From the NCBI GenBank assembly GCA_049999805.1, contig JBNGIO010005882.1, positions 126,157 through 190,156 of the forward strand: 64,000 nt of DNA. The letters run 5' to 3'. This DNA comes from Folioceros fuciformis. Its lineage: Eukaryota. A program made the position numbers and the translations under genes. Within the stretch, counting starts at the first letter, position 1, and each line of letters opens with the position of its first letter. This document shows, in pieces, positions 1 to 9,713 of the stretch. The notes under the pieces were generated by a model. That model had not been told where the DNA came from, searched no databases, and was given only the letters and a program-made list of their open reading frames with translations.

Positions 1-1582
1 GCCCTGAGTCCCTCCGATATAGAAATAAGGCGACGTGGGCGCTAGCTACCGCCTCAACGGCCACAAAGCGTTTTGACCGTTGTCCTTCCAGTTTGAATCT
101 GAGCAACAACATGTTGATCCGTACTGCACTTTATGTAGACGTCCTACATATACAATGTTCATACACTACGTACGGCTATAGCGATATTTGATTCCAACAC
201 GCCCAATTGTGGCAAACGAGGGAACCGTACCGGGCCCTTTTCTGCTAATCCAGATTTATATTTCTTTGTAACTGTCTAGAATTGTTATCTTTCTTCAGTA
301 CTCGCTAACCACTTTAGAAATATCATGAGCTCCTAGCTATTGTGTCAATTTTGAAGAGAGGACAACAAAGGTACCTTTGTAATGTAGGGAAGGAATTTAG
401 AGTTCATATGATCTTTACTATTACTCTAAGATAATTTTATATTACAAGCTTAGGACTAGGAAACTTGCTCATGCGTAATATATGCATGAGACTTCTCCAA
501 CTTTCTCATTGAGTCTTACTAAATTTGACAATTAGGTTATGAGAGCATTTGGCGACATTATAAGTCTTGGCACCTTCGAATGTGTCATTTGTGATTTGGC
601 CCATCTTGCCAGCTTTTTAACCTACAGCAGTCAGCCCAAATTATGTCGTAGCCCATTGATTAAGGACGCTTAGCTCACCATAAAGTATCTGGTAGGGAGA
701 AATAGAGAGCCAAATGTGTCATCAACTTAGGAATCCAAAGCTTGGTGCAAGTGTTTCCATCAACTCCACATTGCATACATTGGGTAAGAGGACTAGATAA
801 ACCTAAGCAAGGGCAAGGGAGGATGCAATAGTGGTGGCCAACCTTTGTCCTAATCTAGCATAGAGAACCGAGCAACTAGCAATTAGAGACTGCATGTAGC
901 GGAGGTGGAGTAGATAGATCACAAGGTACCTACACACAAACTGAAATCCCATTCCACACCTCAACGCAATGAGAGACCATAGTGCATAGTGATTAGTGAA
1001 TAACAATAAGCTAATTGATAGTTAACTAGCTATTAGAATTAATAGCAAATAAACAAACGTGAGGACAAGACAAGAACCACACGGGGAGGCGCCCACTCAT
1101 TCGGGTTCATGGAGGATCTTGCCCTGTGCCTGCCTAGGCTACATGTAGCTACATATGCTAGAGTTCCTGGAGGATCTTGGCCTGTGCCTACCTAGGGTAT
1201 ACCGTTTGTATGGATATGTTTGTATCCCTTGGTTGGTTATTCCGGGTTCTACCAGGGATTCGATTTGTAAGCATGTCATCATCAACCTCCCTCAATGAAC
1301 CTCCCTCAATGAGTAGGTAGGGTTGGGCAATGTTGTAGGGATTCGATTTGTAAGCATATCATCATCAACCTTCGATTTGTAAGCATGTCATCATCAACCT
1401 TCCTAAATTCGATTTGTAAGCATGTCATCATCAACCTCCCTACTCATTTTCATCAACCTCCCTGAATGAGTAGGTAGGGTTGGGCAATGCTGAAGCCCAT
1501 AAGTATTCTCCCCTCTTTTGATTTTAAGCATGTCCTCATTAACATCAATAGATCGAGTAGGAGAGGATTGTGCAATGCTAAA

Positions 1583-1786
1583 GCCCATAAGTATTCTCCC
1601 CTCTATAGGATGACCATGTTTTCATCTCCTTGCTCTCAAGACTACAAGGCCATTCGGCAAGGACTTGTCCAATCTCATCAAAGAGCCCATAAGTATTCTC
1701 CCCTCTATAGGATGACCATGTTTTCATCTCCTTGCTCTCGAGACTACAAGGCCATTCGGCAAGGACTTGTCCAATCTCATCAAAGA
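1583..1786. repeat. Two-copy ~102-bp tandem duplication, preceded (1257-1480) by short dispersed repeats of GATTCGATTTGTAAGCATGTCATCATCAACCT
   Basis: GCCCATAAGTATTCTCCCCTCTATAGGATGACC... starts at 1583 and again at 1685, near-identical; this explains the repeated peptide in ORF 1487..1813. Confidence 0.9.
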
Positions 1787-2533
1787 GTGTGCTGTGCTAT
1801 ATCATGGCTATAAGAATGGGGCTTCTCCCGTTTGCCAATGCAGTCTATAGTCAAAGTGACATCTTTGGAATCGGTTATAGGTAGGCCTTTTATTATTTTG
1901 CATTACAACATTTTGGGAGCTGTAAGTAGTTTGGAAGAGGGCAAAGGCTGGGCTTGGCCCTCTTTTGGGTTGGCCTAACAGCAGCCTTGGCCCTCTTTGG
2001 GTTGTTCCTCATCTTTGTGAGAGATAGAATTTTATTTCTTTTTGAATAATAGTTATCATCCATTTAAAGCATGCAAGAATTTTCTATTTTATTTTAATAA
2101 TACACACCACCCATTTTAAGTGTGCAAGGTGCAACTTATCGAAGTACCAGCTCCTGTGATAAAAAAATTCCATGTAATGGCTGTTGTGAATTGACATGAG
2201 ATGGGCGAGGTAGGGGCCGTCACGCTCCCTTGATTTCTAAGCCTGGCCACCTGATGAAATGTACTGATGCACTCTGGTGTCCAACTGATCACAACAGAAC
2301 AGAAGGATGGATACTTTATGGAACAAGAAGGGACCCGAGCCGGTGGGGGAAGAACCCACCAGGGGCGGAAAGAAATAAGAGGGACTACCAACCATATGGT
2401 GTGTGGGTCTTGCTACCGATGCAACTTATGGCAAGGAGTGTTTTGCGCTTTTGCGTCACATCGTTGCTCTACACAGGCGTCCTGTTTCTGTAGTTCGGTG
2501 TGTGCCTCATGTCCAGACAGCGGTGCCTGTGTA

Positions 2534-5128
2534 ATGGCGACAGCATGGCAATCGGACCCGTTGGGGATGCAACAAATTGGTGGAGTTCAAGCCCACCTCG
2601 GAAGCTTATGTTGTCAATCGCTGGGAAACAACCAAGGTTTCAGGTGCAGAGGTGTGAGGAACCCAGCACTTGCACTTGCACTCGCGAGGATATATGTGGA
2701 TGGCGATGGTATTCGCAGAGATGGTCATCGGCAGGAGCCGGAGCACTTGTGGCAGCAATTTTTCCTGGACCCCACTATGTGGTGGGACATAAGACGGGAT
2801 AAGAAGAGCTCCCATTCGCCTGACTTTCGGCATAAGGGGTCCGGCGAGGTCCTGTTGATAGGCAGCATGGTCAAGCCAGCTTGGGTTGATGAGTACCTGG
2901 TTTCTTTGGATATGCAGATAGGTCATGGTGGAAGTCCTTCCATATCCATCCCTCCAGAAAAGCCTGAACCTGGCAGAAGCGAAGGATCGGGAATCGGCGT
3001 CGTAACGGCTGAAACCGTGAGCTTGTTATGTGAGCAGGGGAAGCTTACTGAGGCAGTTGGAGCCATGGAATCTCTTGCGCAAACAGGTTCTTGCATTTCT
3101 TTGGCTGTGTTTTACACTGTGCTGAAACTGTGTACAGCTCAGAAGGATTTGGTTGTGGGGCGACGAGTTCATGATCTTGCCGTCAAACTTGGGTACCACC
3201 AGAATGCTTTCCTGGGGAACCATATCTTGCGCATGTATGCATGTGGAGGTAGGTTGGAGGAGGCCATGGATGTGTTCACCAGGGTGCGCAAACCAGATGC
3301 CTTCATGTGGTTTTCCTTGATCTCCGCATACGCTAAACATGGGAAGCCTGAAGCGGCCATACAACTGTACCACGAGATGCGGAAATCGGGAGTGAGGGCG
3401 AATGGTCATGTCTTTGTGGCTGCCGTTCAGGCTTGTGCATTCGCTGCCGACGTGAAATCAGGCAGGAAAGTCCATTGTGATGTGTTGCACAGTGGCATTC
3501 CTCCTGACATGTTTGTTGGCACCGGCCTGGTGGACATGTATGCAAAATGTGGTGAACTGGAAGATGCACGCCAGGTTTTTGACAGCATGGCAAAAAAGAG
3601 TGTGGTGACATGGACGACCTTGATCGCCGGGTATGCACAGCAAGGGCTCAGTCAAGAGGCACTTGTGTTGTATGGAGAAATGGAACGGGAGGGCCTGATA
3701 TTGGCTAACCATGTTACCTTCTCTTGCCTTCTAAAAGCTTGTGCCAGCACTCGTGCCTTGCAGAAGGGCAGGCAACTGCACTCACAGATTGTCGAAAGGG
3801 GCCTGCTGAATGAAGTTGTGCTTGGCAACTGCCTGGTGGACATGTATGCAAAATGTGGTGAACTGGAAGATGCTCGCCGGGTTTTTGAAAGCTTGCCCAC
3901 AAAGGATGTGGTGACATGGACTGCGCTGATTGCCGGGTATGCGCAGCAAGAACTCGGCCAGGAGGCGCTTGTTGTGTATGGGCAAATGGAGAAGGAGGGC
4001 CTCATTTTGGCTGATGATTTTACATTCTCTTGCCTCCTGAAGGCCTGTGCCAGCACTGGTGCCCTTCAGAAGGGGAGACACCTGCACTCACAGATAATGG
4101 AAAGAGGACTTCTGGACAACGTAGTGTTGGGCAACTCCCTGGTGGACATGTATGCAAAATGTGGTGAACTTGAAGATGCACGCGGGGTTTTTGACAGCTT
4201 GGCCACAAAGAATGTGGTGACATGGAACGCACTGATATCTGGATACGGGACGTGTGATGATGGTCACAGAGCATTGGCCTGTTTTGAGGAGATGTTAGCT
4301 GCAGGCATTCTGCCTGATGGTGTTACTTTTACTTGCCTTCTAGTAGCATGCAGTCATGCGGGACTGGTCCACGAAGGTCGCAAGCACTTTGATTCCATGG
4401 CTGACAAGTACGGCATCCAACCTGATATTGAGCACTACAATTGCATGATTGATCTTCTTGGGCGTGCAGGCCATTTAGATGAGGCAGGGAAGATGCTTTC
4501 ATCATTTCAGGGCCAAAGTAACGTTGTGGGCTTGACGTCTTTGTTGAATGCCTGCAAAAACTACGGGGATATAGAGAGGGCGATTTGGTGTTTTGAATGC
4601 ATTGTCAGGATGGACCCTCAAAGAGCGTCTGCATATGTGCTCATGGCCAATGCATACGCAGATGCAGGTATGTGGGCAGATGTAGACAGGATTGAAATAC
4701 AGAGAATCGTAGCAGGAGCTAACAAGAAGCCTGCTGTGGCGAGCATAGAGGTGAATAAGCAGGTCCATAGTTTCCTGGTGGGAGAAAAGAGGGAGGATGT
4801 TGCGTTTAAGGTAGAAAGCACGAATGAACGTCTGAAGCAGGAAGGAGGCCACGTACCTCACACGAAGTTGGTGTTGAAGCCACTGGCTGAGACGGAGAAG
4901 GAAAACATGCTTTGCGGGCATGCTGAGAAGCTAGCTCTAGCGTTTGGTCTCTTGAACACGCCAAGCGGAACTTCTCTGGTGGTAACCAAGAATCTGCGCA
5001 TGTGCAGTGACTGTCACAGTTCCACGGAGATCATGTCAAGGGTTGAAGAAAGAGACATTGTTGTGAGGGATGGGTACCGCGTGCATCGATTCGCATCTGG
5101 TTGTTGCAGTTGTAAGGGTCGACCGTGA
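2534..5128 (+). CDS. PLS-class PPR protein with E1/E2 and DYW:KP (GRP-ending) domain, candidate organellar U-to-C RNA editing factor; N-terminal OSB/PDF-like motif
   Basis: Intronless ORF. P-L-S triplets (VVTWxALIAGY / VTFSCLLKACA / LVDMYAKCGELEDAR), P2-L2-S2, E1/E2, KKPAVA in place of the PG box, HAEKLA...CSDCH zinc motif, ends CSCKGRP. Start placed at ATG 2534 (MATAWQSDP) by alignment with the paralog's MGRAWKADP; the ORF is open from 2267. Confidence 0.93.
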   Translation: MATAWQSDPLGMQQIGGVQAHLGSLCCQSLGNNQGFRCRGVRNPALALALARIYVDGDGIRRDGHRQEPEHLWQQFFLDPTMWWDIRRDKKSSHSPDFRHKGSGEVLLIGSMVKPAWVDEYLVSLDMQIGHGGSPSISIPPEKPEPGRSEGSGIGVVTAETVSLLCEQGKLTEAVGAMESLAQTGSCISLAVFYTVLKLCTAQKDLVVGRRVHDLAVKLGYHQNAFLGNHILRMYACGGRLEEAMDVFTRVRKPDAFMWFSLISAYAKHGKPEAAIQLYHEMRKSGVRANGHVFVAAVQACAFAADVKSGRKVHCDVLHSGIPPDMFVGTGLVDMYAKCGELEDARQVFDSMAKKSVVTWTTLIAGYAQQGLSQEALVLYGEMEREGLILANHVTFSCLLKACASTRALQKGRQLHSQIVERGLLNEVVLGNCLVDMYAKCGELEDARRVFESLPTKDVVTWTALIAGYAQQELGQEALVVYGQMEKEGLILADDFTFSCLLKACASTGALQKGRHLHSQIMERGLLDNVVLGNSLVDMYAKCGELEDARGVFDSLATKNVVTWNALISGYGTCDDGHRALACFEEMLAAGILPDGVTFTCLLVACSHAGLVHEGRKHFDSMADKYGIQPDIEHYNCMIDLLGRAGHLDEAGKMLSSFQGQSNVVGLTSLLNACKNYGDIERAIWCFECIVRMDPQRASAYVLMANAYADAGMWADVDRIEIQRIVAGANKKPAVASIEVNKQVHSFLVGEKREDVAFKVESTNERLKQEGGHVPHTKLVLKPLAETEKENMLCGHAEKLALAFGLLNTPSGTSLVVTKNLRMCSDCHSSTEIMSRVEERDIVVRDGYRVHRFASGCCSCKGRP

Positions 5129-5694
5129 GAGGGAAGGAAAACTAGTCGGTGCTATATCGTACGCTGTGTTTTCCTTCGAGGGCGATTGTGGTTGTTCAAA
5201 CTGAGACAGCTGAGACTGGACCAACCACTCTTCTCACCGCAGAGAACCACATGTCTTCTGTGAATCTCCTCCTGTACGTACTTCAGTTCTGAGACAGAAC
5301 TAAGTTGTCGATTTTCCCAGAAGCAGACCGTGCAGGCGTCTTGGTTAGCCAGTCCCTGGACAGGAACAGAGAAAACGTTGTGCGACGAAGAGCAGGCTCA
5401 GGCTGTGGAGACTGTGCCCAAACCTAGGACTCGTAGGGATCCTTCTTCAGTAAACCAGTCGTGTACAGATCCTCGTTCAGTAAATCTTCCGTGTAGGGAT
5501 CCTCACTTCAGTAGAGCTTCACACAACAGAAGGCCTCTGACGTGCATGAATGTATTTGGTAGCCAATTCGTCTGTCTTGGTGTCTTCTGCCATGGGTAAC
5601 GAAACTACTCATTCACTACCCTTGAGGGTAGTGCCGTGATTCCAATTACGTGGGCATCCTGCCATCGACAGCAGTTCAGTCCAGTCCTTATACG

Positions 5695-8682
5695 ATGGGC
5701 AGGGCCTGGAAAGCGGATCCGGCGTGGACGCAACAAAATGGTGGAGCTCTTGATCACCTCGTAGGCGCAGGGAGTAAAGCTCTAGGAAACAACCAAGCCT
5801 CCAAGTGCAGCCGTGTGAGGAGTCCAGCACTACCGCTTGCGATCAAATTGGTGGGTGGGGACGGAATTTGCAGCGATGGTCGTCGCAAGGAGCAGGATCT
5901 CTTGTGGCAACAATTTTTTCTGGACCCTGATATGTGGTGGGACGACAGACGAGATAAGAAGAGCTCCCGTTCGCCTGACTTCCGGCATAAGGTGTCCGGC
6001 GAGGTCCTGTGGCTAAGCAGCATGCCGAAGCCGCCTTGGGTTGATGAGCGGCTGACCTCTTTGGATATGCAGATGGGTCATGGTGCCTCTCCGTCCAAGT
6101 CGAGCTTTTCGGATGAGCATGAGGCTGGGAGGCCTGCAGGACCGGAAATGGGCGCGGTAACGGCTCAAACCGTGAGCACATTATGCCAGCGTGGGAGGCT
6201 GACTGAGGCAGTCGGAGCCTTGGAATTGCTGGCTCAGGCAGACTCTGGTATTTCTCAGTCTCTGTTTTACACTGTGCTAAAGGTGTGTGCAGCCACGAAG
6301 GATATAGTTTTGGGGCGACGAGTTCATGAGCTCGTTGTCGAACTTGGGCACGAGTCGGATGCGTACTTGGGGAACCATATCTTGCGCATGTATGCAAGTG
6401 AAGGTAGATTGCAGGAGGCGTTGGATGTGTTCACCAGGGTAGGAAAACCGAATGCCTTCATGTGGTTTTCCATAATCTCTGCACATGCCAAGCATGGCAA
6501 ACCTACTGAGGCCATACAGCTATACCATGAGATGCGTGGGTCAGGAGTGAAGGCGGACGCTCACGTCTTTGTTGCTGCTCTTCAAGCTTGTGCACTTGCC
6601 GCCGACTTGGAATCTGGCAGAGGGGTGCACTGTGATGTGTTGCGAAGTGGGATTCCTGCCAACCTATTTGTTGGAAACTGCCTGGTGGACATGTACGCGA
6701 AATGCGGCGAACTGGAAGAGGCACGCCGGGCCTTTGATAGCTTGACCTCAAAGGATGTGGTGACATGGACGGCCCTGATTGGGGGGTATGTACAGCAAGG
6801 GCTCGGCCAGGAGGCGCTTGTACTGTACGGACACATGGAGCAAGATGGCCTCATTTTGGCTGACCGTGTTACTTTCGCTTGCCTTTTGAAGGCCTGTGCA
6901 AGCACTGGTAACTTGCAGAAAGGCAAGCAGCTGCACTCACGTATTGTGGAAAGAGGACTGCTCCATGACATGCTGGTGGGCAACTGCCTGGTGGACATGT
7001 ATGCCAAATGTGGGGAACTCACAAATGCGCGCCATGTCTTTGACAGCCTGGGAAAGAAGGATGTCGTGACATGGACGTCCCTGCTTGCTGGGTATGCAGA
7101 GGAAGGGCTCGGCCAAGAGGCGCTCGTTGTGTACGAACAAATGGAGCAAGAGGGTGTGATTTTGGCCAACGATGTCACTTTCGCTTGCCTTCTCAAGGCC
7201 TGTGCAAGTACTGGTTCCTTACAGAGGGGCAGGCAGCTGCACTCACAGATCGTGGAAAGGGGACTGCTCGATAACATAATGGTTGGCACCTGCCTGGTGG
7301 ACATGTATGCAAAATGTGGAGAACTTGACGCAGCACGTGGTGTTTTTGACAGCTTGGCCGCCAAAAATGTGGCGTCATGGACGGCCCTTATAAGTGGTTA
7401 TGCAAAATGTGGCCAACTGGATGGTGCACGACAGGTGTTTGACAGCTTGGACACAAAAAGTGTGGTGACATGGAATGCCCTGATTGCTGGGTATACAGAT
7501 CAAGGGCTGGGTCAAGAGGCGCTTCTTCTGTATGGACAGATGGAGCAGGAGGGCCTCATTGTGGCTAACGATGTTACATTTGCTTGCCTTCTGAAGGCCT
7601 GTGCAGGCACGGGTGCCTTACAGAGAGGCAGACAGCTGCACTCGCAGATTGTCGACAGGGGACTGTCACGTAGCATACTTGTTGGCACCTGTCTGGTGGA
7701 CATGTATGCAAAATGCGGTGATCTGGGAACAGCCCGTCAGGTGTTTGACAGCTTGGCCACAAAGGATGTGGTGTCATGGACGACCCTGATATCTGGGTAT
7801 GGTGCGTGTGATGAGGGGCACAAGGCACTAACTTGTTTTGAGGAGATGTTGGTTAGTGGTATCCAGCCTAATGATGCTACTTTTACTTGCCTTTTGGTAG
7901 CATGTAGTCATGGAGGACTGGTGGAAGAGGGTCGTCACTACTTTAGGTGCATGGCTGAAAAGCATGGCGTCAGACCTACTACTGAGCACTACAATTGCAT
8001 GATTGATCTTCTTGGGCGTGCAGGCCATTTGGATGACGCGGAGAAGATGCTACTGTCATGTGAGGGTCAAAGTAATGTTGTGGGATTGACGTCTTTGCTG
8101 AATTCCTGTAAAAGTCACGGGGATATTGAAAGGGCGTCACGATGTTTTGAGAGGCTGGTCAGTCTGGAGCCTCAAAGTGCATCCGCATATGTGCTCATGG
8201 CCCATGCCTATGCAGACGTAGGTAGGTGGACCGACGTAGTGAGGATTGAAAAACAGAGAATGTCAGCAAGAGCTAGGAAGAAAGCTGCAGTGGCGGGTAT
8301 CGAGGTGAAGGATCAGGTACATACGTTTGTAGTGGGAGATAGGAGAGAAGATATTGCGCACAAGATAGAGAGCACGAATGCTCGTGTGAAGGACGAGGGG
8401 GGCCACGTACCCCACACAAAATTGGTGTTGAAGCCACTGGCTGAGAAGGAAAAGGAAGATGCGCTTTGTGGACATGCCGAGAAGCTAGCTCTGGCATTTG
8501 GTCTCTTGAATACGCCCAGTGGCACCCCCCTGGTGGTGACCAAGAATCTGCGAATGTGCAGTGACTGCCACAGTTCCACGGAGATCATGTCTAGGATTGA
8601 AAAGAGAAACATCGTTGTCAGGGATGGGTACCGTGTGCACCGATTTGCTAATGGTTGCTGCAGTTGCAAGGGTCGACCATGA
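5695..8682 (+). CDS. Tandem paralog PLS-class PPR DYW:KP (GRP-ending) protein with one more PLS triplet and an SS motif; N-terminal OSB/PDF-like motif
   Basis: Same architecture as 2534-5128; KKAAVA, HAEKLA, CSDCH, CSCKGRP; first in-frame ATG at 5695. Confidence 0.93.
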   Translation: MGRAWKADPAWTQQNGGALDHLVGAGSKALGNNQASKCSRVRSPALPLAIKLVGGDGICSDGRRKEQDLLWQQFFLDPDMWWDDRRDKKSSRSPDFRHKVSGEVLWLSSMPKPPWVDERLTSLDMQMGHGASPSKSSFSDEHEAGRPAGPEMGAVTAQTVSTLCQRGRLTEAVGALELLAQADSGISQSLFYTVLKVCAATKDIVLGRRVHELVVELGHESDAYLGNHILRMYASEGRLQEALDVFTRVGKPNAFMWFSIISAHAKHGKPTEAIQLYHEMRGSGVKADAHVFVAALQACALAADLESGRGVHCDVLRSGIPANLFVGNCLVDMYAKCGELEEARRAFDSLTSKDVVTWTALIGGYVQQGLGQEALVLYGHMEQDGLILADRVTFACLLKACASTGNLQKGKQLHSRIVERGLLHDMLVGNCLVDMYAKCGELTNARHVFDSLGKKDVVTWTSLLAGYAEEGLGQEALVVYEQMEQEGVILANDVTFACLLKACASTGSLQRGRQLHSQIVERGLLDNIMVGTCLVDMYAKCGELDAARGVFDSLAAKNVASWTALISGYAKCGQLDGARQVFDSLDTKSVVTWNALIAGYTDQGLGQEALLLYGQMEQEGLIVANDVTFACLLKACAGTGALQRGRQLHSQIVDRGLSRSILVGTCLVDMYAKCGDLGTARQVFDSLATKDVVSWTTLISGYGACDEGHKALTCFEEMLVSGIQPNDATFTCLLVACSHGGLVEEGRHYFRCMAEKHGVRPTTEHYNCMIDLLGRAGHLDDAEKMLLSCEGQSNVVGLTSLLNSCKSHGDIERASRCFERLVSLEPQSASAYVLMAHAYADVGRWTDVVRIEKQRMSARARKKAAVAGIEVKDQVHTFVVGDRREDIAHKIESTNARVKDEGGHVPHTKLVLKPLAEKEKEDALCGHAEKLALAFGLLNTPSGTPLVVTKNLRMCSDCHSSTEIMSRIEKRNIVVRDGYRVHRFANGCCSCKGRP

Positions 8683-9212
8683 GAAGGAACCAGAACGGGT
8701 TCGGCTTCCTTCTGATGAGGAGGAGACGTGCATATTCTGATCAGGTCCATGGCTGTTGAATCCGATGACTCGTGCTTCTGTACATAAGTGCTGCAAAGTG
8801 TCCCCGAGTGGGGAGGAATGGAGACAACTACACCCAGTGTGCCGTGGGCCATGGATCCACATGACATAAATCTAATGTGTCTTTGGGGCGGACTTACCTG
8901 GGTAGCTTGCTGCCTCCGCTCCGCGCGCCCGCCGCTCTGGTATTGCACTACATCCATTGTTTGACGCACCCGCCCCCTCACCATCTAGAGCAAAAAAAGA
9001 AGACAATGAGAGGCGGTTGCGAATCCATTCGAGGCACCGAAGCAAGTCGCAGCAGCAAACGGTGAAGCAAATCGCGTCGCGCCCGGTTGATTCCACCAGC
9101 AGAAGATTTCAGAAGTCTCATCCATCAACTCTCTAAGCAAAAAGAACACGCAACTTAAGGCAGCATCTTTCTCTAGCCGGCTAGAACGAATGAAACTTAT
9201 GGAATACCTATA

Positions 9213-9411
9213 CGGTCAGGCTGGCTTTCAAACAAAGTTTTGAGTTTTGTGCGATCAGGTTGGCTTTCACACAAAGTTTTGAGTTTTGTGCGGTCAGGTT
9301 GGTTTTCACACACAAAGTTTTGAGTTTTGTGCGGTCAGGTTGGCTTTCACACAAAGTTTTGAGTTTTGTGCGATCAGGTTGGCTTTCACACAAAATTTTG
9401 AGTTTTGTGCG
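9213..9411. repeat. Minisatellite, ~5 copies of a 39-41-bp unit (CGGTCAGGTTGGCTTTCACACAAAGTTTTGAGTTTTGTG)
   Basis: Directly visible tandem copies. Confidence 0.9.
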
Positions 9412-9606
9412 GCAGTCAATGTTCTAACCAAACATTTTGGACGTAACAAATGTGCCCCCTTCGGTCGTAGGGCGTCATTTAGGGTCCCAATCGGATACCT
9501 ACTTTGTGATAATATTCGGAACCCCAAGACGGCCGGTGGGGTGGTGATGCGGATCAAAGTTCCGGGTTCAGCATCCCGCCAACGAGGAGGGTGCGGAAGC
9601 GGCAGC

Positions 9607-9713
9607 GCGAGCTCTCCTACTCTGAGATGTGCTTTTCTGGGGAGGAGGAGAATGACACGAGCGAGCTCTCCTACTCTGAGGTGTGCTTTTCTGGGGGAGG
9701 AGGAGAATGACAC
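9607..9713. repeat. Two-copy ~54-bp tandem repeat (GCGAGCTCTCCTACTCTGAGxTGTGCTTTTCTGGGG...GAGAATGACAC)
   Basis: Directly visible duplication. Confidence 0.85.

Noticed and set aside
2267-2533. 89-codon N-terminal extension of PPR gene 1 in the ORF track
   Set aside because: No counterpart in the paralog, whose first ATG aligns with 2534; Cys-rich and UTR-like. Not excluded without TSS data
6582-7364. Long antisense ORFs over the PPR genes
   Set aside because: Shadow frames of repetitive, GC-balanced coding sequence with no recognisable domain
9213-9411. CRISPR-like regular repeats (also 15674-16910 and 36770-37262)
   Set aside because: Head-to-tail units without unique spacers, no cas genes, eukaryotic context; these are minisatellites
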